From: Schmidtea polychroa
Taxonomy: Eukaryota
Length of the DNA: 64,000 bases
Assembly: GCA_044892525.1 (NCBI GenBank)
Contig: CM097885.1
Span: 38,380,001 to 38,444,000, forward strand
Reading direction: 5' to 3'
A program made the translations under genes and the position numbers. The notes beneath the pieces are model-generated. The model saw nothing but the letters and a program-made list of their open reading frames with translations. It made no database searches and had not been told where the DNA came from. Numbering within the stretch: position 1 is the first letter of the stretch; each line of letters opens with the position of its first letter. Below, piece by piece: positions 15,148 to 29,579 of the stretch.

Positions 15148-17316
15148 TAAATTTGCATTTTTAATGAAAAATAAAAGTTTTTGGAAAAATATAAAAGAAT
15201 TATGAATTTAAAAGATTTTAATTTTACAATTTAATTTTATTCAAGATTTTCCATAAAGAGAAATGTTTCTTATAAACAATAAAATTATCCGCTTTAAATG
15301 TTAATATTTTATTTTTATTTACTATAAAATATATTGCAATATCAAATTACAATATCTAATTTAATGCTCTGTTAAATCGAACGTCATCATCTTATAGAAT
15401 TAATCAAAAATTAAAAAGTTAAAAAACATAACTTGACAACTAACAATATTTTATTGAAATTTTGACAGAGAAGTTCTGTAAGTAATTAATGGTCAAATGA
15501 AGGTAAGGCAGTCATTCCTATCGGATGCAATAAACAAATGAAAAATTTGTAATTGAGAAAAATATTTTTATTTTAATATTTATGCATGAAATAAAATTGT
15601 GAATGAAACAAAATACTGAAGTAATAACAATAAAAAGTAATAACAATAAAGCGTTGAAAAATAAAAGTAAGTACACGGAGAGATAAAAAAAATTATTAAA
15701 AATATTTCTGAGAACAAATGCAGTTTCACCACTTTATGTTATGTTACGGTAAACATGAAAATTACACCAGAAATCTAAGGCATTCTGAAGGTGATTGCCT
15801 AAAGATTCCCATATCTTTGGAAAACAATAGACTTTTTTTTACGTTCGAAGAGGTTTACTGAATTCATCATTGTTAATATTTTTGCAATAATTATTTGAGG
15901 TGCGATCATATTTTCTTTTCTTTATGCACAACGGGCTCCGAACTTCAGTATATTCATCGGCCAAAAAAGCTTCAAATGTTGAACTAACTACTGAAATATT
16001 GAAAATATTTGACATCTTTTTCCTTAAATAAGTATGCTTTGATGTTGATAAGACTTTCTGCTATTAGAATTCGAATATATCACAACCTATTAATCATTTA
16101 AATTGACTAAAAATAAACTGGTCTACAAGAGAAGACTATTTTACAACTATATATAACCAAATTCATAAAGTGATATTTCTATCACACCGCTGGGCGGCAG
16201 ATGAAAAAAAATGCATTCCTCATTTTGTTCAGAAGTGGTTAAATGATAAAGATTAGATCGTACTTTAAGTGACTTATTCAAACAAATAAAGTTCTCAGAA
16301 CACTTTACAAACCTTTTTAAACTTGTCATTTTTAAACGTCTTTTCTGATATTTTAATTTTAAATCCACCGATACTGCAATAATCGAGAGCCCGTTAAAAC
16401 AAAAGAAATTAATAATAAAATCGCCATAGGTTTCCAGTATGGGAAATGAGTGATATTAAATTGTTAATATCGATGTAAAAATCCCATAAAAACGTTTAGA
16501 CCACCAAGAGCTAGCGATTCTCAATGTAGGATTACAATATCTTTATTTCCCGTCGATTTTGTCATTTGAAATAGTCAGATATGAATGCAAAGAAATTTTG
16601 TTTTTCATTCACATCAAAACTGATTCACGGGATTTTATTAGGGAGATCGTGAATAAATGTTACTTATTTCAATGATAATTCTTGAAACAGTACTGAATCG
16701 TGCCTTGGGGAAAATATCAGTTAATGCCGGTTTACGATCAAATTCTGTCCCGTATGGATTACGATAGGGAAATCTCTATTGGAAAAATATTGCTCAATTC
16801 ACTTTTGAAGCCATGATTGGTGGAAATATGTTTCGATTTTAATTCCCCCCCCCCTTTTTTTCACTGAGAGATTTGCACTATGACTTGGTCAATTATTATT
16901 GCTAATTTTTCCATGTCAATTTTAATGATGAACCGTTTTTGTTTCTGAGAGATATTCTAATGAATTTTCATTTCGGTTGGATAATTACAAATAATTTTTA
17001 AATTTATGGAATCGTAAAAATTTTGAAATTGGTTTTTTTAATACAAAAATGTAAATAGTATTTTCTAGAAATATGAAAAGATTTGTGGGGAAAAATCAAT
17101 AAAAATAAAAAAAAGTAGCAAATATTTACTCGAAACAAAAATCAATATTGTAAAAGTAGACATTTTTTGAAAAATTAATTTTTTTATTTGAAGTGGTTGA
17201 AGAGTTAACAAAATATTAAATTTAGATAATTTCTATTCAAGTACTTTTCGGTAACATCAATAGAAAATGACAGAAGATATTAATAGAGATTTATTGGTTT
17301 AGTGTTTTTTTAAAAA

Positions 17317-17351
<35 letters not shown>

Positions 17352-17412
17352 GTATAAAATGATGATTGCTTGGTAGCAGCATTTATTATTTAAAACAATA
17401 AAATGATAATTT

Positions 17413-17451
17413 AAGATTGACAAGGACTATCGTATAGTCGAAAATTCTTTC
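17413..17451 (+). ncRNA. Family-B minimal hammerhead, U3-A8 core
   Basis: AAGA-TTGACAA-G-GACTAT(CGT)ATAGTC-GAAA-ATT-C-TTTC; 6-bp stem II, UUC site after 17447; stem I short. Confidence 0.75.
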
Positions 17452-17470
17452 ATTAAATACATTATTTGCT

Positions 17471-17548
<78 letters not shown>

Positions 17549-18450
17549 TTATTATTATTATTATTATTTTATATTAATTCATTAAAATAGTTAGCAATAC
17601 AAATATTTTTAAAATTTTTATTATCCTTTCCTCACTTTATACTAATTAAATTTGATAAAATTGATTCAATTCAATGTTTGAAATATTTGCAAATGTTCAA
17701 TTGGAAAGACAACAACACCAGCTAAATTTTGAAAAAAGGATTAATTAAGTCAAATGTTTTTTTCGCATAACAATTATCATTCAGATGATATTTATAAAAA
17801 TATTAATTAATATTTTATATTGAGATTAAAACAAAAATAATTTTTTTCCATTTTTTTATTTGATAATATTATTGTAAATAAATTAATAAATTACAAATTA
17901 CAAATTCAAACATTAAAAAATTATCCTCGTAGCATAAAATGTGTTTGTCGTTATTATACAAACGACTGTTTAATTGCAATATCTGACATTTACGGGCGGA
18001 TAACAGAATAAATTTATACGATAATTTCTCCCATCTAACTAACAATTCCTGAGATCTTATCAAAATCTCCCCGGAACCTAATTATATTTGTCATTTATAA
18101 AATGCTTTCTGTAATTGAATAAACACCCAGATTTTAAGATTATACTCATTAAAAAACCGGGACAAAGTCAGATAACCTTTTCAGATAATATTATAAAAAA
18201 TTCTGAATAGTCACTTCATTAAAATCCGGTGAAAAAATAAATCATAATTTGAATATTTTATATTAATTTTCAACCAAAAATTTTGAAAGATTAAAAGAAG
18301 AAAAAGATCAAAGAAAGATCATTAAGAAATATTCCACAAAAAATCTAAATTTTAGATTATTTTTGTTTATACCATAACATAAAATTTAACATAAAATTGT
18401 TTATTTTAATTGTTAATTTATAAATTATATACATTTCAATTAGTGTTTTA

Positions 18451-18619
18451 TTTATTAAAAAGCTTGACTATAAATCAATTAACTTGAAAAAGCCAGTGCC
18501 GAAAATTCGTGAATATCAAAAACATCGATGTATTTACTAATTCATAGTTAAGCCTTTTAATAAATGCAATGTAAATGGAAAAGAAATCCGTGGTGAAATT
18601 GGAAAAAAAAGTTCTTATA
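18451..18619 (+). mobile_element. Family-A unit (18481-18619) preceded by a short inverted fragment of itself
   Basis: AAC-TTGAAAA-A-GCCAGTGCC-GAAA-ATT-C-GTGAATA; 18451-18478 is the reverse complement of its own internal segment. Confidence 0.75.
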
Positions 18620-18926
18620 GTATTTCAATTAGTAAAATAATTTGCATTTGATCTGTTTTTTCATTCTTTCTTCATTTAGATTTCTACAATATATCAATGA
18701 TTTTTTAACAAAAATCTTTGACACTCCTTCAAAATGTACACTGAATAAAGACAATACTGGAATTTTGTGATAAATAGAAAACATTGAACTGTAGGAGAAA
18801 ATTAAATGAAAATAAATAAAAATATTTTAGTTTTATCAAAAGTGAATATTTTCATGGTAGAATTTAAATTTACAATTTTGCGCAATATTAAATTCAAAAT
18901 TCTAATTTAAAAAATGGAAACGCATT

Positions 18927-18998
<72 letters not shown>

Positions 18999-19217
18999 AT
19001 TCTAAATTCTAATAAGAAACTCCTAATAAATTCAATGCCGAAAATTTGTTTTGCATAGAAAATTAAATTTTGATCTTTTTCACAGTAAAAATAAATGAAA
19101 TATAAAAAATGAAAATATTTCAAAGATGACCAAAAAATACTGATAGTAAAAAGATTAAAAATATTTTAATTTTTATAATTATTAATAATGCAAAATTACT
19201 GCAAATTCAATATAATG

Positions 19218-19398
<181 letters not shown>

Positions 19399-20309
19399 TG
19401 ATATTATTATTATTTGTTTAAATTTAATTTATGTTTTTCTACAAAAATTCAGCATATTTCTGTCCTACTTTTATTATTATTATTTTTATTATTATAAATT
19501 TTGCGTACATTCAGTAAAGAATATGCGTCACTAGTTCTATTCAATATGATATAATGTTATAAAAGAAGGAAATCATAAACAATTTTGGTCGTAATCAAAC
19601 CCATCAAATTGCCGACATCACCAGTTAATGGTTTTCTAAGTTAAACCCTAAAGATTTGCTTCATATTTTTTCGACTGATAAAGTTTTCGTGAGCGAATAA
19701 ATTTATGGGAAAAAGTAAAGAATATTCTCGGTACCTGATAAATTGAATGCATATCAGTAATTTCCGATAAGCCGTCTGCACGATATTTCATTTTATTTCT
19801 GATAAAAAAAGAAAGAATAAAATTGGTTGATTTTCCAAAAATATCGTGTCAATAAAAAAACTTATTTGAGGATTTTATTTACTTTTTCTCATATTTTATT
19901 GATTTTTCTTCTAACATAACAATTGTCATAATGTTTATGTATATTTCTAAGTTGATCCTATATTAAATAGTTATTTCTAGTGGAATATTAATTACATAAT
20001 TATATTGATTTTTACCGGTTGTTTTAATTTATTGTCAAAATATTGTTTCTGGTATCCGTTAGAGAATAAATTAATAAAAAAAATATTTCTTTTAAAATAA
20101 ATGATTTATAGTTTATTTTCTCACTCTCTATTTTTTTCTTTATATATTATTAACCTTTTTTAATATTTTACAGAAATATTAAAAATAAATAAAAATATAA
20201 ATAATAATAAAATTTAATTGTAATCTACTGCTGTTGATGAAATGAATAACTAAATAATTGTAAAAAATTATATATAATTTTTCAACAGATATAAAAGCAC
20301 ATAAAGGTC

Positions 20310-20730
20310 CTTGGTTTAGCGAAGCAGGACGTTTTGGCGTGACCGTTTTGGCGCAGGACGTTTTGGTGCCATTTAAAAATAACTTCATGTTTAATTTAAC
20401 ATTTATAAATAATTTTTTGAATAAAAATTATAAATATTTATCTATCAGCTTTATTACTGCATAATAGCCGTAACACAACAACCGGAAATAAAAAAAATGA
20501 AAAGACAATATAAGCAAAAACTTAAAGTGTTCATAATATTATCGTACCAACAACTATGTTGAAGCAGCACATCGAAGATTGCAGGCCTAATTTGGGATGG
20601 ATAACCCAAACATTTGGAAATTTATAGACGGAATTCGACGTTTTCAAAAATGGTGTGACCTTGTATATAAGCTATTCCTTCTTGGAAACCAGCCGCTTGT
20701 AAAACGCAGAAAATACGTCGCAAAGAAAAA
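20310..20730 (+). mobile_element. Mutator-like (MULE) remnant
   Basis: Repeated CGTTTTGG(C/T)G units at 20325-20370; RTNNYVEAAHRRLQA*FGMDNPNIWKFIDGIRRFQK at about 20543-20650. Confidence 0.75.
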
Positions 20731-21329
20731 TTAAATGTGGCAATAAAATTAGTTATGAAAGGATTAACTCAAATTTAATTTCTATGAAATGAAAGAAGTA
20801 TTATAATTAACGATCTTTTTCTAACAAGCTGCATATCTTTTTTATATCCTTCCTTCGATTTTGCTATCAAGTCCTTTTAAATATTTACTACTTTCTATCA
20901 TCTTAAATGTAATCTACCGTCCTTATTTACTCATTTCTGATTGGTTTAAAAATAATGGAGCGCAATTTCCAATTCACGGAAAAATCAACTGGATACAAAA
21001 AATATTTAAAATAAATAATTTTTTTATTATTTTGGTTACGAGATAACTTCATGTAAATTTTTATTATTAAAAATTTGATTTTCTTTGATTTTCTTGCTTT
21101 TTTTCTATGTATATCAATACTGTGACTACAAAAATGTCTTTAATAAATATTAATTAGCTCTAGTATTGAAAAGATTTGCAAAGATTGTTTTCTTATATTT
21201 CACAAAGTTCGAAACCTAAATTGACATTATTCAAAAAGAAAATTACTAGAACTTTTATAAAGACTTTATAAAGACTTCTAAGTACTTGTATAATAGTTAA
21301 AGTATATATTTATTTGATTGAAACATAAT

Positions 21330-22380
21330 TCTTCTGCTTAATTCTGTGCCTGTGTCTTGTACTCCATGTCTGGGGCACATTTTACAACAGTCCAGCAGTA
21401 GTCTGTTAACTTCACAGGACTCCATTTTCCCTGCTTTCTATCATCGATATGTCCTAATGAAAGCTTCATCATGTTCATCGCTAACTTTACAACAGTTAAC
21501 AGGAAAGAAGTTCAAATGAGAGTGCAGGAAGCGAATCTTCAAAAAATGTTGCAGCCTAATTTCTGGTATGCTCAACCACAAGTTTGAATGATTTCTAGGT
21601 ATTTTTCTCAAAACCACGGAGGATCTGATCAAAATGTACATCTTTCAGAAGTTTACGTATCTGTGAACCAATAAACACACATTCCTTTATTTTGGTCTCA
21701 CTCAGTCTTGGGAATTTTTCTTTGAGGCACTTGAAAGCTCACCATTTCGATACATAACCTTTACAAAATTCTTTACAAATCCCAATTTTATATGTAATGG
21801 TGTTAACAAGACCTTCTTAGGGTCCACTAGTGGACTGTGCAGTACACTTTTAGTTCCTGAATCCAGAGACTTCCGTTAGAGCCATACGTTTATTTTATAG
21901 TGGTCAGGTGGTACTCTACTATCTCACTCACAGAGAAAGCAGCAAAATCTGGTGTATCCCAATTTTATTCCAAGCAAGATAACAATTACCTTTAGATCCC
22001 CACAGATCAGCCACTGGTGGCCATTGTAGTTAATAAAGTCAAGGAGAGGATGCATGTTGACATAAGACTTTTCATGTAAACAGCATATCCAACAGAAATT
22101 GATGGTTGTTCATTTCCATTATGTAATAACACTGCTTTTAAACTTATCTTTGAAGCGTCAATAAAGATTTTCCACTCTTCAAGTTTGTACTCATGATTAA
22201 GCAAATTCATTAATCAATTTATCTCAAGGCAGAATATATGGTCATTTTTCATAACGAAGAACTAAGTTAAGTCCTTATGGGGAGCACGATATAATGAAAC
22301 TTTTACATTCTACTACAGAAGATTCCATTGGTGTAGTTTGGAGGCCAGGACCTTTGCTTTGTTTTTAGAAGAAAGCAGTA
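21330..22380 (-). mobile_element. Decayed Chapaev3-like (CMC superfamily) transposase
   Basis: EWKIFIDASKISLKAVLLHNGN, ICGDLKV, GYTRFCCFLCE, PLVDPKKVLLTPLHIKLG, VGSQIRKL motifs with stops and frameshifts. Confidence 0.8.
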
Positions 22381-22873
22381 AAATTTATTCTATCATAAAA
22401 ATTAAAGCTAAACAACATTTTTTAATGTCATACTCTTTTTCAGCACAGCAAAATTAGTTATAATTGACTAATTTCATCACCGATACGTTTTGGCTGCTTA
22501 TCAGTATTATTGAATGATTTACTAAAACTATTTTAAAAATAATTGTAAAATTTAAATTAAATCAAACAATGTTGGAGTTTGATATTAAGAAAATAACAAA
22601 ATGTTTTATTGGTTCAATCCCTGACTCCAATTGTGTTCTTTGGTATCAAATCAAAGAACTTCCAACACTATATAGATTTATTGATATCACCAGTAGAAAT
22701 AATGTCTCATTTTTAGTTATCAATTTACCAACTAATCAAGCTAAATTTTTTAAATATTTTTGTAAAGTATTTGCGTTTTGAATTTCTTTTTCACGCTCCT
22801 TTTTGTATTTCTCAGTTAACCATCAATCTAACAATCATTTCCCATATGCAGGAAATGGTTCAGGAAACAATCA

Positions 22874-22965
22874 GAGATTGACAAGGACTATCTTATAGTC
22901 GAAACCTTTTTCATTAAATTCATTATTCGCAGAAAAAGGCTTAAATTATCACTTTATTGTTTTAA
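22874..22965 (+). mobile_element. Family-B unit, HHR at 22874-22912 with mutated stem III
   Basis: GAGA-TTGACAA-G-GACTATCTTATAGTC-GAAA-CCT-T-TTTC followed by the shared AAAAGGCTTAAATTATCA.TTTATTGTTTTAA tail. Confidence 0.75.
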
Positions 22966-23145
22966 TCTTTTATATGTTTATTGTTTTACTTTTAAGTTCT
23001 AGGTTACAAAATTAGTGTTTGATTTGCCTGTTTCAAAATGTAGACCAGGTAAGAATAAATTTATTTATTTCTTTTTCTTTCAAAACCCAAACAATAATAA
23101 TATTATACTCTTTTTAAAATCATAATATCTACCCAGGGGCTAATT

Positions 23146-23362
23146 TATAATTAATTAATATAATTAATTAATAAAATTAATTAATATAATTAATTAATAA
23201 AATTAATTAATATAATTAATTAATAAAATTAATTAATAAAATTAATTAATAAAATTAATTAATAAAATTAATTAATATAATTAATTAATATATTTAATTA
23301 ATATAATTAATTAATATAATTAATTAATATAATTAATTAATATAATTAATATAATTAATTAA
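23146..23362. repeat. A/T-only minisatellite, about 13-bp unit AATTAATTAATA(A/T)
   Basis: Direct reading. Confidence 0.9.
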
Positions 23363-26300
23363 AACAACCAATGCATTGGATTATGCAATATATTGTATTA
23401 TGTCATTTTATATTAAAAGAAAAAGAAAAAATTAATTTACATTCACCGACATATTAAATAAAAGATAATAAAAAGAAATAAAGGGAAATAAAATGCATTA
23501 AATACATTCCGTCAATCTTTACAATCTCCTTTATTACTTTTTTTTTGTAAAAAAAACACCAGTCTATCAACAACAAATTCCTTTCAAAAAGAAACATATT
23601 TGCAAAAAGGCGTAGGCATTTCAATTTATATTATAAACTTCTCAAATTACGTAAGGTAAACCTCAAACTGGAATTTCACCATAAAGCTTTTAGTAATATT
23701 AATTTGTTAAAATCTGATATCTTTTAACTTGTTTAAATGGATAACGCGATCAGTTTCCCATTATTTTGAACTGATAAAATGTTTTCAATACGTTTCACTT
23801 TTTAAAAGTAATAAAGTAATTAAATATATAATTTTTTCTTGTATCAAGGAAATATTTGTACACTTAGAGCTTTCAAAGCTTAATTTGCATTATTTCCCAA
23901 TTTTAAAAGAAACAAATACTGTATTTGCTTATTTTCTCACAAGTTTATTTATTTTTATTATATTAGGTCGTATGCCTCAATCTTAAAACATGTACTTTTT
24001 CTGTGAGGAAAACATTATGGGAGTCTGTATGGGAGATTATGAAAGTATAAAAAATTTCACAAAGGACATTTAACAAAATGTTGACGGAAGAATAACCATT
24101 CATCCAATTACTTGAATATAAAAGAATAAATATAAAAGAAAACTGGTAAATAATGATATTTATGTGCTTGTTATGTTTACTTTAAAATATTATTTGCCTG
24201 TCTATTTTATATATTCATTCAAATTATTACATGCATTTTTGTATTATTTACCTATATTAAATCAAACCACCTGAAAACTAAAATGAACTTGTGTAAATAA
24301 TCAACGTTTTTTAGAATAATGCTAAATGGATATTATTAAATTGTAAAATTAAACAAACATTAAAACAATAAAAAGAAAAAGCAGTAGTTGAGGATAAAAT
24401 AGAAATTCGAAAAACTTCAGGTGTCCTTGCAACATATGTAATTCTATAACAATGGGTATTGAAAATGGGGAAAAAGTACAAAAATAAAAATCAAAGGACA
24501 CCTTGTATATGACTATGAAAACAATAGCTTTTAGTAATTTGAAAGAAATTCTCATTAGGTTGTTGTGAAAAGTAAAGATTCTTAAATATTATTAATAGAG
24601 TAGCATTGGAAGGGTATGTGGGATCAGTAACGGAATGGATCAAGTTTCAAAAGAGCTGTCATATTTTAGAATATTAGATAATAAATTTACTTGGACATAC
24701 CATCACATTCAAATTCCTAATTGTTTTAATCTATATTATATATTTTAATTAGAAAAGATATTTAAATAGATTATTTTGTTTTATTGTATACTCCATAATA
24801 GACATATTCTCAAAACTACCTGCATTACAGTGGAATGGTGCTCTCTCCTATTTGAGCAAAATATCCAACAAGAACCTATTTATTCTTACTTATTATCTCA
24901 CTTGGTCATTTTGTAGAAATAAGGTTTTTTAGCATAAAATAAGCTAGATATCTCGGGAGAAATATAATTGCTACTGGGATCAACTTTAAAAAGAAATTTA
25001 TTTTAATAACCCTTTCAAAACTGACAAGTTACAAATTCCAAATGAATTCGATGAGCACCAATAAATATAATAAATTATTCCAAATTGGAAATATAAAATT
25101 CCCGTAAATTCAAAACTGCACAATTCATAATCACTACATTAACAGACTTGGGATCATGTTACAGACATAGGGGAGAGAAATTAGAATTTATTTTCTGGGA
25201 CTGAAATAACGCCACAGAATATTTCTTGGGTTTTTATTGTGTACATATTTTAATTTAAAATATACAAATTCCATACTTACTTGCTGCTGATGACCGAGGT
25301 TCGGAAGTCTCATATTTACTCCCTAATATCTCAATGGACATTACAAATTAATGAGAGATTTCCTATAATCGCAATTGGATATTTAATGAAATCAAGTAAA
25401 TTGCTATATGACAGGCAATTATTCATTAATTTTTGATTATTAATTAACTAATTTATTAATATAATAAATGTTACGAGAGTTGTAATTTTGATAATTTGAT
25501 CGAATATCTTTTAATTATAAATTATGCTATTTAAATAGATTATTTTGTTTTACTGTGTACTCGAAAATAAATATGTCTATTTTTTATAAACCAATTGTGA
25601 GAAACAATTTAAAAATGTATATAATCAAATAATGAAACCAACAATATAATAGAACTAATATAAAATACCCAGCTCTGATCAAAGATAAAAGAACACGGGC
25701 TTGAATTAAGGAGAGAACGATTTTTTAATTCTTTTCTAATTTGCAGATTTCCCTTTTGTAGATATTTAGTTTGATAATAATAATATCCAAACTCAAATGA
25801 GACATTTTACAGCATTCAGTCAACCGTTAAATTTTAAAATATCATTCACTTAATTACGACAGGTTTAGCCCTAAATTAAGGTTATTATGTAGTATAAGAC
25901 ATAACAATTCATATATAGAAAAAATAAACACTTAAAATGAAGAAAAATATTAAGGACACTATGTAGTATAAATTATGGACATTGACTGCAGGAAGGCAGA
26001 AATATAATTTTGATGAGAAAAATAAAATACATACACACACGAGTCCTATATGAAACACAAACGTACAAAAACTATGGGTAACAAATATTGATTACTGGAG
26101 TTTGTAATTATAAAAATCTGCAATTTGAGGGTTTTTCATAGCGCTTTATCCCATTGACCCTTCCATGAATAGAAAAGAAGCAAAGTGGAGCCAGCTAAAT
26201 TATTATTTATTTAAAAAGATTCCAACTGAAAACGACTTTTAGAAAATTAGAAATTTCAAATAAAACCGTTTGCTAGTTATTTTTCCGCTAGTTGATGCTA

Positions 26301-26851
26301 GTGTACTTATTTGAGAACAACCGGCAGTTACGTTTTCAGTATTAGAAACACTGGAACCAGATATGTCTCTTTTAAACAAATTAATTTTATGCATTGTCTT
26401 TGGATGAGTACGTAATCCACTTGTACTTCCTCCTTGAGTTTTAATTATGTGTTTACATTGTTTACATTTTTTTCACGCAAGAAATAAAACCATACAGAAT
26501 TTTTTTCACTATTCTTTTCTTCAAAAATTAGATTTTCCATTTTTTGCGCTGTAAAATTCTACACTAAATACAAAGAAAAAAGCAAAATGTGTAAATACTT
26601 ACCCACAGAAAGCCGCAATAACTTTAAAATGCTTAAAAAATATTTTAAAAATTATTTAAATGTTAATACACACCACAAAAACTATTTAAATGTTACTTCA
26701 AATGATAATGCAACAAACTATTAAAACAGTTATTTTTTTTATGCTCTCTAAATAAATAATGAAAAACTACTTTTATGTTCTACGTTGTATCAAAAATTTA
26801 ACATTTATGATTGCATGCGAATAAAAAAGCTTTTACAAATATGAAAAAAGC

Positions 26852-27670
26852 AAAGAGAAACACTATGAGACAGAGATTTATAGAAAACCAACTGATACTG
26901 GTCTCTATACTTCTTCCGAAAGTTTTTGTGAATTCAAGTATAAAAGAAATATGGTGAAGGGGTTGATTTATCGTGCATGGTCTTTGTCTTTTACTTTTAA
27001 AAATTCAGTAAAAAGTGTTGACATATTGGTTGAATTGTTAATGAAGAATGGTTATTCAAAATCCTTTTTAGTAATTATGGTGAAAGAGACTGTTGACAAA
27101 TTTATTAAAAATCCTAAGGATCCATGTTTGAGAAAATCTGGGTGTGATCTTGTTGAGATGTGTGAGTCTGATGAGTTAAATAAATTAAATAGTGTGAGCA
27201 AGGATGATGAGCCTAAATTTGTGTTAGTATTGGCGTACTCAGAAGGTTTTAAGGATTATAAAGTGAAGATAAGAAAGCAGTTAGGGAATTTAAACTATAG
27301 GATAGTGTCAACTTCATGGAAAGTACGCAATATGTTTAATAATAAGTCAAAAACTCCGGTTGGATTGTGTTCCGATCTCGTTTATCAGTTTACATGTAAT
27401 GGGTGTAATGCCACATACATTGGAGAGACTTCCCGTCATCTCTGTATTCGAGCTCGAGAACATTGTAGACTGAAGGCTTTGACCCATATTGGTGAGCACA
27501 ATAAGGGCTGTAAGAGTAAAATAGGTATGTCTGATTTTAAATTTTTTTTAAAAAATTTCGATAATTAATGGGAACGTGTGATTTGTGAGGCGTTGTTGAT
27601 AAAATCATTGAATCCGAAAATTAATGTGCAGAATGCAGTAAATACTTGTGTTTTGAGTGTTTTTAAATAA
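26852..27670 (+). pseudogene. Penelope RT C-terminus and GIY-YIG endonuclease, one in-frame stop at 27566-27568
   Basis: IYRKPTDTGLY, KGLIYRA, LVYQFTCNGCNATYIGETSRHL..R.REH, then after the stop WERVICEALLIKSLNPKINVQ. Confidence 0.92.
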
Positions 27671-27870
27671 GTTTTTAAATAGGTTTTTTATATTGTATGT
27701 ATTGATTGTTGTATTAAATTAAATAATTAATAAAAATTTTTTAAATTATTAAATTAAATTTTAAATGTTAAAATTTTAAAAAAATAATATATTTTTTTTA
27801 TAAAATAAAAAATTTTGATATATAATTAATAAATTTGTTTTAAATACTTAATTTAATGAGTTATTATATC

Positions 27871-27911
27871 TCACCTGATGATGACAGGAAAACTGTCGAA
27901 ATTAATCGTGA
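27871..27911 (+). ncRNA. Minimal type I hammerhead ribozyme, canonical core
   Basis: TCAC-CTGATGA-T-GACAG(GAAAA)CTGTC-GAAA-TTAA-TC-GTGA; stems I and II pair perfectly; predicted AUC cleavage after 27907. Confidence 0.92.
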
Positions 27912-29174
27912 AAAGAATGTTTGATTGGCGTTATCTTATAAATAAATCATTGCCATGTATGTTTAACTATTTATTCAAATATGAAAAAGCTTTTACGAAT
28001 GTGAATAAAGCTATATCTTCGTTTTTCGAGAAATTTTGTAATACTTTTATCTTTTATTCATATATGTGTAAAAGTATTTTTAAAGCTTTCATGATTGTAT
28101 TATGGGATTAATTTGATATACCGATATCGAAATACCGGTTTTAAAAAATATAATACCGGTATTAATTTTTATTGATTTTTTCCTGGAATACCGGGATTCT
28201 GGTATTGCGATCCCTACGTTTGAGTTATAGAGTTAAATTTATTTGGTTCAGCCTTTCGTGATGTTTTGAGTAATCTCGTACTTTCGCTAGTAATTTGATA
28301 AACACAAATATTTTTACATTTCATAAATATATATTAACACCTCCCTTCAATACTCTGATAATAATAAAATAACTGAAATGTCAAATGGAATTCTTTCGAA
28401 TACAAAATAATTCTGTGAAACAAACTGAATCTTCGGGTGAAAGTTTTAACTGTGCAGAAAATTTCCATTATAAATTTAGGAAAATAAAATTAAAATTCAC
28501 TTTTCTCAAATAATTGCTGTTGATAATGTAAATTAATTGCGTATAATAATATTATCAATATTTTGTTTAATTGAACTAATTTTGTATCGAATGATCAAAA
28601 TGTAGTTTTATTATATTCTGATAAAATTTGATATTGCTTTCATTAAAAAATGCGCAATTTAGGACTTGAAAATTGTTACAAGGTTCATTATTAATTCACC
28701 ATGGAAAGGTAAATAACAATCTGAACATTTTTATACATTTATTTCTCTCTCTATTAGATTAATGCAGATTCGATTTCTAATAATGAATTTAAATTAATAT
28801 TTTTGTTTATTTTGAAAATTTATCACTTTTATTCTTTCATAATTTTCCAAATGTTCAATAGGGGGGCCTAATAAATCTTTTTCTGCTAGATACGAATGAG
28901 ATTATAAACATAAAGTCATACCCCCTGGATGCGGTGTTATAAAGTGTTGTTTAGCTTGTTTTTAATATTTATAAATATAAAAATTAAAAAAAACATTGAA
29001 TTTTATATTTATTTATTTTTTATTTTTCTTTTAAAAATATATTAAAACTTATTAATATCGACGAAAACTACATTACGTTACATTCAAATTTGTTTTTACA
29101 GCAGGTTTTCATAATTATTAAGAACGTATAATTTGTGAACCGATTTTTATAAAGTCATTAAATTCAATAAATAA

Positions 29175-29579
29175 TAAATATTCAAATGCAATAAATACTT
29201 GTGTTTTAAATGTTTTTATAAATTATATATAAATAATTAATAGATAATTTTAAATATTTTAAAATTTCTTTTTTTAATGAATACAATGTCAATCAAAACG
29301 AAATCAGAGGTGAAAATTGAAAAAGTTCTTTTTTTTTAATTGCTACAATTTAAAAAATGATTTATTATTTAAATTATAAATTTTATAATTTTTATAGAAT
29401 AAAATATTTTTATTAAAAATATGATATAATTAATATAATTAATAAATTTGTTCAAAAACCTATAATTTCTATAGTTTCTACGTGATGATGGCATGAAAAT
29501 TTTGAAATATATCGTAAAACGAATGTTTGAGTGACACTTTCTTATAATTAAATCATTGCCATATGTTTAACTATTTATT
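29175..29579 (+). mobile_element. Penelope 3' fragment with degenerate HHR at 29479-29516
   Basis: AATGCAATAAATACTTGTGTTTT and TAAATCATTGCCATATGTTTAACTATTTATT match 27632-27975; TAC-GTGATGA...GAAA-TATA-TC-GTA. Confidence 0.8.

Larger units (their letters stand above)
26852..27975 (+). mobile_element. 5'-truncated Penelope-like retroelement
   Basis: RT-thumb plus GIY-YIG coding region, AT-rich 3' region with HHR; flanked by CAAATATGAAAAA(A)GC at 26836-26851 and 27976-27990. Confidence 0.92.
26270..28216 (-). mobile_element. hAT-like element 5' part (TIR plus BED zinc finger), interrupted by the Penelope copy
   Basis: Terminus TAGGGATCGCAATACC at 28216 with repeated ATACCGG subterminal motifs; SVWFYFLREK...CKQCKHIIKTQGGSTSGLRTHPKTMH at about 26390-26540. 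Confidence 0.7.

Noticed and set aside
25286..25312. CTGATGA-CCGAGGTTCGG-AAGTCTC, hammerhead-like
   Set aside because: No GAAA after the stem and no stem I pairing; no Penelope context.
23600..26200. Possible minus-strand spliced gene (GTAAGT/GTATGT donors, short intron-like gaps) and a 40-bp direct repeat at 24760 and 25529
   Set aside because: Could not assemble an open, recognisable reading frame; needs RNA-seq.
27878..28111. 77-aa ORF
   Set aside because: Crosses the HHR, the Penelope end and the TSD; no protein motif.
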